Of a DNA stretch of 64,000 nucleotides, positions 55,071 to 62,707 are shown in pieces. The notes beneath the pieces were generated by a model, which was not told the DNA's origin, ran no database searches, and saw nothing but the letters and a program-made list of their open reading frames with translations. The DNA is from Thermoflexus hugenholtzii JAD2. Lineage in GTDB: Bacteria > Chloroflexota > Dehalococcoidia > UBA2979. Location: assembly GCA_945903275.1 (NCBI GenBank), contig CAMDNW010000008.1:5895-69894 (forward strand), in the 5' to 3' direction. How positions within the stretch are numbered: the first letter of the stretch is position 1; each line of letters opens with the position of its first letter. The translations under genes were made by a program, and so were the position numbers.

Positions 55071-56657
55071 ATGGCTGTTCTGATGCGAGCACGCCCGGCG
55101 CCGATGCCACCAGCAACACTCTGGGTACCAGCTCTTGCCGCCTCAGCGTTCTGCCTGATCCCATCCGTCTACCTCGCGATCCGCGCCGCCGAGGATCCAG
55201 CGGACGCCGTCGCCACGCTCACCGCGCCCGCCACGCTCGTGCTGCTTGCCCGCTCGATGCTGTTCGCCGCCGTGGTGACGCTAGTCGCGGCCTTGATCGC
55301 ACTCCCGCTGGCGTGGCTCACTACTCGCACTGACCTTCCCGGTCGCCGCTTGATCGCCTTTCTCGCGCCGATGCCGCTCGCCGTTCCGTCTTATGTCGGA
55401 GCGCTCGTCGCGATCTCGGCATTCAGCCCGCGCGGATTGCTCCAGCAGGCACTCGCTCCCTTCGGCGTCGAGGCGATCCCCTCCATCTACGGTTTCGGCG
55501 GTGCAGCGGCGGTGCTCGCCTTGGTCACCTACCCGTACCTGCTGCTGACGCTCCGCCCAGCCATCGAGGCACTCGATCCGCGGCTGGAGGAACTCTCACG
55601 CACCTTCGGATACGGGCGGTGGACGACCTTCCGCCGTGTCATCTTTCCCCACCTGCGCCCGGCGTTAGCCTCGGGTGGCTTGCTTGTAATGCTCTACGCG
55701 CTCTCCGACTTCGGCACACCATCGCTCATGCGCTTCGACTCCTTCACGCGCGTCATCTATCTCCGCTATCAGTCTTCCTTCGAGCGTGGTGAGGCTGCCG
55801 CCCTCGCCTTAGTGCTCGCCGTGCTTGCCCTCACCATCGTCGCGCTCGAGGTCGCCTCACGCGGGAATGCCCGGTATGACAGCGCACACGGCCAGCGCTG
55901 GCGGCCTGCTACCGTCGCCCTGGGCGCATGGAAGTGGGCCGCACTCGCGTTCGTTGCGGTCGTCCTCGGCCTCGCGCTCGTGCTGCCCGCCGCAGTGCTC
56001 CTGTACTGGCTCGCCCGCTCCGCCGACACCGCGGGCGTAGCCGCTGGGCTCACCGAGGCGTTCCGTGGCTCCGTGCTCGGCGCTTCGCTCGCAGCGCTCG
56101 CCGCCACCGCCGTAGCACTGCCCATCGCGCTGCTCTCTGTCCGCCATCCGCGCTGGCTGCTCACTCGCCCGATCGAGGTGCTCGCGTACACCGGCTATGC
56201 GCTCCCCGGTCTCGTGATCGCGCTCGCGCTCGTCTTTGTCTCGATCCATTTCGGCTCGCTCTACCAGTCGCTCGCCATCCTTGTCGCCGCCTACGTGCTG
56301 CTCTATCTCCCGCAAGCCATTGGCGCGGCGCGCGTCAGACTGCTCCAGGTACGCCCGTCGATGGAGGAGGCCGCCCGCGGGCTCGGGCGGCACCCGATCG
56401 CCGTACTTCGCACGATCACGCTGCCGCTCGCCGGGCGTGGCATCCTCGCCGGCTCGGCGCTGGTATTCCTCAGCACCATGAAGGAACTGCCAGTGACGCT
56501 GTTGCTAAGCCCGATCGGCTTTCGCACGCTCGCGACGCGCGTCTGGGGTGCGGCCAGCGAATCGTTCTTCGCGCAGGCCGCTCTCCCCGCGCTGCTGCTC
56601 ATCGCGCTCTCCGCCATCCCCGTCATGGTCTCGAACGCCGGCCGCAACCGTGACTAG
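55071..56657 (+). CDS. ABC transporter permease, duplicated (FbpB-like, two MetI-type domains)
   Basis: About 12 hydrophobic spans and two EAA-like loops. The ATG at 55071 is preceded by GAGGAG. The longer track ORF start at 54969 lies in the AT-rich region. Confidence 0.85.
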   Translation: MAVLMRARPAPMPPATLWVPALAASAFCLIPSVYLAIRAAEDPADAVATLTAPATLVLLARSMLFAAVVTLVAALIALPLAWLTTRTDLPGRRLIAFLAPMPLAVPSYVGALVAISAFSPRGLLQQALAPFGVEAIPSIYGFGGAAAVLALVTYPYLLLTLRPAIEALDPRLEELSRTFGYGRWTTFRRVIFPHLRPALASGGLLVMLYALSDFGTPSLMRFDSFTRVIYLRYQSSFERGEAAALALVLAVLALTIVALEVASRGNARYDSAHGQRWRPATVALGAWKWAALAFVAVVLGLALVLPAAVLLYWLARSADTAGVAAGLTEAFRGSVLGASLAALAATAVALPIALLSVRHPRWLLTRPIEVLAYTGYALPGLVIALALVFVSIHFGSLYQSLAILVAAYVLLYLPQAIGAARVRLLQVRPSMEEAARGLGRHPIAVLRTITLPLAGRGILAGSALVFLSTMKELPVTLLLSPIGFRTLATRVWGAASESFFAQAALPALLLIALSAIPVMVSNAGRNRD

Positions 56658-57675
56658 TCCTCGCTACGCCGTCGAGGCAAGCGGCGCCCGCAGGCGCTTC
56701 GCCGATGGCGGCGTCGACGATCTAACGCTCACGGTGCAACCAGGCGAACTATTTGCGCTGCTCGGGCCATCCGGCTCGGGCAAAACGACCTCGCTCCGCC
56801 TGATCGCGGGCTTCGAGCGACCCGACGCTGGCTCCCTCCGGCTCTGGGACGATGTCGTCGCAGACGCGGCACATTTTGTCCCGCCTGAGCGCCGGGGCGT
56901 CGGCATGGTCTTTCAGGACTACGCCCTCTTTCCGCACATGTCCGTCGCCGAGAACGTTGCCTATGGTCTCCCCCACGCCGCCGGCCGCCGCACGCGCGTC
57001 GCCGAGGCGCTCGACCTCGTCGGCCTCACTGGCTTCGAGGATCGGTCGGTGCACGATCTCTCCGGCGGCGAACAGCAGCGCGTTGCACTCGCCCGTGCGC
57101 TCGCTCCCGGGCCACGGCTGTTGCTGCTTGATGAACCGTTCTCAAACCTCGACGCCGCCCTACGCAGCCGGATGCGCGCCGAGGTGCGTGAGATCATGAA
57201 GCGCGCTGGAACCACCGCCATCCTGGTGACCCACGATCAGGAAGAGGCGCTCTCCGTCGCCGACCGCATCGCCTTCATGTGGCGTGGCCGGGTCGAACAG
57301 ATCGGGCCACCGGACGAGGTCTACACGCACCCCGCCACGTTGCACGTCGCCACCAGCATTGGTGACGCCAACATCCTCCGCCTGCCCGTTGCCAATGGCC
57401 TTGTTCACACCGTCTTCGGCAGTTTTGAGGCGCCAAGCGGCACAGCGGAGTGTGTGCTCGTGCTCCGTCCTGAGGACATTCAGGTGCTCCCAGGCGGCGT
57501 TGCTGGCCAAGTCATCGGCCGCGAATACTTCGGCCACGATCAAGTGTTGCGTGTCCACCTCGTCGATGGCACCGAGCTGCGCGTCCGCGTCGGCGCGCAC
57601 GAGCGACTAGGCGCAGCAGGGCCAATCGTCCTTGGCCTCCGCCGCAACCCGGCGATCTTCGCCACGGAAGATTGA
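56650..57675 (+). CDS. ABC transporter ATP-binding protein (FbpC/PotA-like)
   Basis: GPSGSGKTTSL, LSGGEQQRVALARAL and LLLDEPFSNLD. The GTG at 56650 overlaps the permease end. Confidence 0.9.
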   Translation: MTSPRYAVEASGARRRFADGGVDDLTLTVQPGELFALLGPSGSGKTTSLRLIAGFERPDAGSLRLWDDVVADAAHFVPPERRGVGMVFQDYALFPHMSVAENVAYGLPHAAGRRTRVAEALDLVGLTGFEDRSVHDLSGGEQQRVALARALAPGPRLLLLDEPFSNLDAALRSRMRAEVREIMKRAGTTAILVTHDQEEALSVADRIAFMWRGRVEQIGPPDEVYTHPATLHVATSIGDANILRLPVANGLVHTVFGSFEAPSGTAECVLVLRPEDIQVLPGGVAGQVIGREYFGHDQVLRVHLVDGTELRVRVGAHERLGAAGPIVLGLRRNPAIFATED

Positions 57676-57685
57676 CCGTCACGAT

Positions 57686-58447
57686 CTAGCGCAGCAGCAG
57701 CACCGTCGCGACCACCAGTCCGTATCCCACAATCAACCAGCGCAGGATTCGAGGATCCCAGTGCCGAGCCACTCGCACCCCGAAGTAGCCGCCAGTCACC
57801 GAACCTACCGCCATGAACGCCGCCACGCTCCATGCCACCGGCGCAAGGATCGCGAAGCAGACCAACGCTACGAAGTTGATCACCAGCGCCAACATCCCCT
57901 TGAGCGCGTTCGAGTGATGCAGCGTATCTGGCGCGACCACGCTCAGCACCGCCAGCATCATGATACCGATGCCCGCGCCGAAATACCCACCGTACACAGC
58001 GATCGCGAAGATGCTGAGGTGCGCCACGATCGGCACCTGTGTCACATCCGCTGAAATAAACCGCATTGATTGCGTCAGCTGCGTCAACCGGCTTTGCGCG
58101 GCAAGCAGCCCGCACGCGAAATAGATTAAGAACGGCACTACAGCATTGAAGGCGCTCTGCGGTGTCGACAGCAGTAGCAGCGCACCCACCAGCGCGCCCA
58201 GCACGCTCGGCGCGAACAGCAACCATAGCCGTCGCTTCCGCTCGCCAAGTTCTTGCCGGTACGCGAGCGAACCGCCCACCGATCCCGGCCAGATCGCCAC
58301 CGTATTCGTGATGTTTGCCACTTTGGCGTCGAACCCGGCCGCCATCAACGCCGGAAAACTGAGTAGCGTCCCGCCGCCCGCCACGGCGTTGATCGCCCCC
58401 GCGCACATCGAAACCGCTGTCAGAACGACTATCTGCAAGGCATCCAT
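57686..58447 (-). CDS. TauE/SafE (DUF81) family anion exporter
   Basis: SMCAGAINAVAGGGTLLSFPALM...YGGYFGAGIGIMML. Confidence 0.82.
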   Translation of the reverse strand: MDALQIVVLTAVSMCAGAINAVAGGGTLLSFPALMAAGFDAKVANITNTVAIWPGSVGGSLAYRQELGERKRRLWLLFAPSVLGALVGALLLLSTPQSAFNAVVPFLIYFACGLLAAQSRLTQLTQSMRFISADVTQVPIVAHLSIFAIAVYGGYFGAGIGIMMLAVLSVVAPDTLHHSNALKGMLALVINFVALVCFAILAPVAWSVAAFMAVGSVTGGYFGVRVARHWDPRILRWLIVGYGLVVATVLLLR

Positions 58448-58584
58448 CTGCCTATGGTCGCCGATACTCTAACCCACGAGCAAGACTGGCCCTACGCCTC
58501 CTCACAACCTGCTGGTTGTTGGCACGCTCACCCTCGCTTACGATGACACACGTACTTCCCAGTACCCTCGCGCTGTCCGCTCGT

Positions 58585-58660
58585 GGGCCTGTAGCTCAGC
58601 TGGGAGAGCATCTGACTGGCAGTCAGAAGGTCAGCGGTTCGATCCCGCTCAGGTCCACCA
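58585..58660 (+). tRNA. tRNA-Ala (anticodon GGC), CCA encoded
   Basis: Manual cloverleaf: acceptor GGGCCTG/CAGGTCC with the G3:U70 pair, D arm GCTC..GAGC, anticodon stem TCTGA/TCAGA with loop CTGGCAG, T arm AGCGG-TTCGATC-CCGCT, then ACCA. Confidence 0.92.
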
Positions 58661-58669
58661 AACTTACAC

Positions 58670-59416
58670 TCACCCCAGTAACACCCGCCCGGCACCCCAC
58701 GCGGCAAACGCCGAGGTGACGGCGAGCAGCAGCATCGACAGCAAGCCAAACCATCGCTCGGCGAGTCGAGGCCGCAACACCCGCCCAAGCAGGATGCCAG
58801 CGGCGAGCGCGGGCAGCGCCACGGCGCTGTCGCGTATGACCTGCTCCGTGAACAGGCCAGTCGGCACAGCCATCAGCGTGGCGGGGACGCCTAGCCAGAA
58901 GAAGTACGCGTAGAGCCGTCCGCGAATCCGCTCCGAGCCGCCGCCCACCCAGTGCTGGTACAACACCACCGGTGGGCCGCCCATCGAGATCGCTCCCCGC
59001 ACCACGCCGCCGATTAGCCCAACGATGCCTTGCCGCACCGGCAGGTCGAGGCGTGCCGGCGTGTCGTGAGCGCTCCGCGACGCCAGCGTCGCCGCCGCAC
59101 TCACAAACACCGCCGCCGCGACCAGCAGCCGGAGCACGGTCTCATCTACGCGCAGCAGGATTAGAATGCCCAGCGGCGTACCGATCAGCGCGCCCGCCAC
59201 GAGCGGCCCGATCGAGCGCAGCGAGGCACGTGGCCGGTGCTCGACGTACAGGCCCGATCCCATCACCGTCCCGAGGATCAGCGACATCGCCACAGCATGC
59301 CGAGGCGCCACAATCAACGCTGCGACCGGCACAAAGATCGGCGCGAACCCGAAGCCAAGCACCGCCTCGATCAGCGTGCCCACAAACACCGTCGCGACGA
59401 GTGCCCCAGTCTCCAT
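58670..59416 (-). CDS. TauE/SafE (DUF81) family membrane protein, second paralogue
   Basis: 248 aa, polytopic. LIEAVLGFGFAPIFVP...GAISMGGPPVVLY. Confidence 0.78.
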   Translation of the reverse strand: METGALVATVFVGTLIEAVLGFGFAPIFVPVAALIVAPRHAVAMSLILGTVMGSGLYVEHRPRASLRSIGPLVAGALIGTPLGILILLRVDETVLRLLVAAAVFVSAAATLASRSAHDTPARLDLPVRQGIVGLIGGVVRGAISMGGPPVVLYQHWVGGGSERIRGRLYAYFFWLGVPATLMAVPTGLFTEQVIRDSAVALPALAAGILLGRVLRPRLAERWFGLLSMLLLAVTSAFAAWGAGRVLLG

Positions 59417-59458
59417 CCCGCGAGGGTAGCGTTCGCTCGCCGTTGCCGCAGACTGCCG

Positions 59459-60895
59459 CTACTTGGCGCTTACGACTCGCAGCCCGTGCACGCGCTGGAA
59501 GCGCGTCGCCACCCGCTCGCCGTCGCGCGTCCCGGGGAGCGTGGCATGCACGACCACGGTGTCGTCCAGCCGCTCGCAGCGCACCTCGCCGGCCTCATCC
59601 GCTCCGGCCCGCTGCGCGATCAGGTCAGCCAGCGCCAGCACGGCCGAGGCACGTGCAGTGAATCGCTGGTCGTCACGCCGCAGCAGCGGTGTATACGCAG
59701 TCAGATCGTGCTTCTCGTCCTCAGTCTGTCCCACGATCGCGGCGATCAGTGCGTGGTCGCGGTGCGAAAACCCCGCGAGCCCGTGGCTGAAGATAAGTTC
59801 TTCGGTGTGCCGGTGGTAGCTGTAGTAGTCAATCTGCCGCCCGAGGTCGAGCAGCGCCGCCGCGGCCGCAAGCGCCGTTCCCGCCTCGGCTGGCCCGGCA
59901 TCGAGGCCCGCCGCCTGCGCGAGCACGGTCGCGATGCGGGCACGCCGGAACCCGATCTCGATCCGTGCAGGTACGAATCGCTCAAGCGCCCCGCGGATCG
60001 CCTCCGCACGCACCTCGGCTGCGGCTGGCAGCGTCTCCGCACACGCGGCAAGCGCGATACCCTCACGCAGCCCTTGCCCTGACACCAGGATCGCAGGGGC
60101 CGCCAGCGACTCCACAATCACCTGCGTCGCCAGTGCGCCGGCCACGATGATGTCCGCGCGATCCTCATTCAGCCCCTTGATCGCCGTCCGCTGCGCCAGT
60201 GGCCGCGCACGCACAAGGTCACCGACGGCGGCGAGGCGTGTCGCGGTCAGTTCGTAGCCGTGCATCCGCGGCAGCGGATACGCCCGGCGCGAGCGGTCGA
60301 TCTTCGCAAGGTTGCGGATCGTCCCGCCGGTGCCGACCAGTTGCTCGTCGTCACCCAGCACCGGGATCGCCGCTGCCGCCATCTGGTCAGCGACGTACTT
60401 ACGGATCGCGCGTAACTCCCGCGTCGATGGCTGATCGCCAGGCAGGAACTGTTCCGTCAGCCGCAGCGCGCCCAGAGGCAGCGTCCACGCCGCTACCGGC
60501 TCACGGTCGCGGAAGCGGGCGATCTGGGCGCTGCCGCCACCGACATCCAGCACCATGCCACTGTCCACCGGCAGGCTGTGGATCGCGCCGATCATCGCCA
60601 GCCCCGCCTCTTCCTGTCCGCTCACCACCCGCAACGCGATGCCTGTCTGCTCGTACACGCGGGCGAGCAAATCGGCGGCGTTCGTGGCGTTGCGCACCGC
60701 CGCCGTCGCCACGCCTACGATCTCATCCGCTCCAGCGTGCAATGCGATCGACCGGAAGTCATTCAACAGGGCAGCGACGTACTCGATCACCTCATCGGTG
60801 AATTGGCCGCTTGCCTGCACCTCGTGCTGGAGTCGCGGGACATCGCGCGCCTCATCGACAACTTCGAGGTAACCGTTGCCATCTACATCGATCAC
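59459..60895 (-). CDS. ppx: exopolyphosphatase, Ppx/GppA family (coordinates from the first canonical start; the conserved N-terminus extends to 60982)
   Basis: LDVGGGSAQIARF, GTGGTIRNLAK and a C-terminal HD-like region. The upstream in-frame codons encode RRIAAIDVGSNSIRVAV with no ATG/GTG/TTG (see findings). Confidence 0.85.
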   Translation of the reverse strand: MIDVDGNGYLEVVDEARDVPRLQHEVQASGQFTDEVIEYVAALLNDFRSIALHAGADEIVGVATAAVRNATNAADLLARVYEQTGIALRVVSGQEEAGLAMIGAIHSLPVDSGMVLDVGGGSAQIARFRDREPVAAWTLPLGALRLTEQFLPGDQPSTRELRAIRKYVADQMAAAAIPVLGDDEQLVGTGGTIRNLAKIDRSRRAYPLPRMHGYELTATRLAAVGDLVRARPLAQRTAIKGLNEDRADIIVAGALATQVIVESLAAPAILVSGQGLREGIALAACAETLPAAAEVRAEAIRGALERFVPARIEIGFRRARIATVLAQAAGLDAGPAEAGTALAAAAALLDLGRQIDYYSYHRHTEELIFSHGLAGFSHRDHALIAAIVGQTEDEKHDLTAYTPLLRRDDQRFTARASAVLALADLIAQRAGADEAGEVRCERLDDTVVVHATLPGTRDGERVATRFQRVHGLRVVSAK

Positions 60896-60982
60896 CGCTA
60901 CGCGGATCGAATTCGAACCGACATCGATGGCGGCAATACGCCTGCGCCTGTCTTGTGCGTGTCTCGTACAGCCCTCCCCGCG

Positions 60983-62707
60983 CTAGATGCGGCTTCGCCA
61001 GCGGCGATAGAGCCGCCACAGCGGTGTCAGTGGCGTCAGCGATTCCCGCTGCGCCGGTGACGCTGTCACAGCATTCCGGGCGCGACGCGGGGTCTTCGGG
61101 CGCGATGGCGCTTTCGGCGGCCTCGGAGGGGCCGGAATCGGGATGACGAAGCGTACCTCGCGCCAGCACCGCCGCACACGCGCGAATGCGCGAGGCCACC
61201 CCGCGCGCGCCGTTGCCATCGCCACCAGCCACCGCTCGGACAGTGCGCCCATCAGCAGCAGCGTGTCCGGCGGCAGTGCATTGCCGCGCTCCTGTGCCAA
61301 GATACGCATCCGCGCGATTGCCATCTCCGCGTCCTGATGCTCGCCCAGCAGGTCCTGCATCCCCCGGACAGCGGCCAGCAGCGCGTCCGCCTGCCGAAAC
61401 ACAGGGACAAACGGCTCCAGCGTGTAACGCAGCCGCTTCCCGCGCACCCGCACAGCGTGGTACTCCACCGCCGGGCTCTCTGAGGTCAGCGCCACACCAT
61501 CCCGCCGGAACCGCCGGTACCGCCTGCGGATCGCCAACCGCCCGAACTCGCGCGCTGCCACCGGCATTGTGGCGCTCGCCTGCGGTGGGGGGCCCGTCCG
61601 GAGCGCTTCACCGAACCCGTCCACGAGCATGGCGAAGGCGTCGCTGTCGAGCGCGTCGATGAGCCGCGCGCGCGACGCGACCCGTGACTCGTCTACGATG
61701 CCGATCAGCGGCCCCACCGCCGTGCTGTGTTCCCAGTCCGCGCCCGCCTGGAGCACGTGGAGCGTTTCCAGTTGCACGTCCATGTCGCGCACTTCACCGA
61801 GCGCCGCCGCGACCCACCGGAACTCGTCCCGCCACCGCACCATCGCCTCGGGCAGCGCAGGTGCGAAAGAACTCAGCATGGCGCGCAGCCGCCGGGTGGC
61901 CACCCGCATCTGGTGCAGCACCTCGGTGTCCTCGCCGAGCCGCGTCCCGGACTCGTGCCGCGCGAACTCCGCGAACACCCGCCGCAATACCGCGTATGCG
62001 TACGCGTCTACCGGCCCATCCGCGGATGCCTCCGTCTCACCGAAGGCTGAGCCTGCCTCTGGCGTGAGCGCCGACGCGTGTAGCCCCGACTCAAACTTCG
62101 AGGCGGTCGCTGGCGCGAGTCCGCAGGCTGCCTGCATCGCCTCGATGAACGAGCCTGCCTGAGCGAGTGCGCCCGGACGATCTTCCTCGACCTCGACGCG
62201 CCGGAGGGATTCACCCGCCGCTTCGCTGCCGATGCGTGCGTCGTCCAGCGTGAGCGTCGCCAGCGTGACCCCGCCCCGCACAAGCGCGAACGGCCGCCGC
62301 TGCGTCTCCGCGGTAAACAGCGGCCTCAAGACTCTGCGCGTACCAAGCATCAGCCGCAGCCGCTCCGTCACCGGCCCGCCGGCCAGCAGCACGTCAGCAT
62401 CTGGCGAGTCGAGCGGCTGGTTGATTTCCGTGCGGACGCGCGCGTTACCCTCGGTCGTGCCGAACGCCTTCAAGGTCGCCTCGGCGGTGTCGCCGACACG
62501 GCGCACTCGCAGCGTGTAGCGAGCGCGGTAGACCGCCCAGTCCTCGGTGTCGAAGTAGGTATCGATGTTGACGCGTTCGCGCCCTGTTGCGATCTGTACG
62601 GGCGCGTGCGCCGGCTGGCTGGCTAGCCACCGGGCCACAGCCTCAAGGTCGGGCGCATCGAACTGCTGCTCCACCTCGGTCGAGGCGCCAGCCGGCCCCA
62701 TCGTCAT
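60983..62707 (-). CDS. CYTH (triphosphate tunnel metalloenzyme) - CHAD domain protein
   Basis: EVEQQFDAPD...NIDTYFDTEDW...YTLRVR (CYTH), then LHQMRVATRRLRAMLSSF...VRVRGKRLRYTLE (CHAD). The ATG at 62707 overlaps the ppk TGA (ATGA). The track start at 62806 overlaps ppk. Confidence 0.85.
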   Translation of the reverse strand: MTMGPAGASTEVEQQFDAPDLEAVARWLASQPAHAPVQIATGRERVNIDTYFDTEDWAVYRARYTLRVRRVGDTAEATLKAFGTTEGNARVRTEINQPLDSPDADVLLAGGPVTERLRLMLGTRRVLRPLFTAETQRRPFALVRGGVTLATLTLDDARIGSEAAGESLRRVEVEEDRPGALAQAGSFIEAMQAACGLAPATASKFESGLHASALTPEAGSAFGETEASADGPVDAYAYAVLRRVFAEFARHESGTRLGEDTEVLHQMRVATRRLRAMLSSFAPALPEAMVRWRDEFRWVAAALGEVRDMDVQLETLHVLQAGADWEHSTAVGPLIGIVDESRVASRARLIDALDSDAFAMLVDGFGEALRTGPPPQASATMPVAAREFGRLAIRRRYRRFRRDGVALTSESPAVEYHAVRVRGKRLRYTLEPFVPVFRQADALLAAVRGMQDLLGEHQDAEMAIARMRILAQERGNALPPDTLLLMGALSERWLVAMATARAGWPRAFARVRRCWREVRFVIPIPAPPRPPKAPSRPKTPRRARNAVTASPAQRESLTPLTPLWRLYRRWRSRI

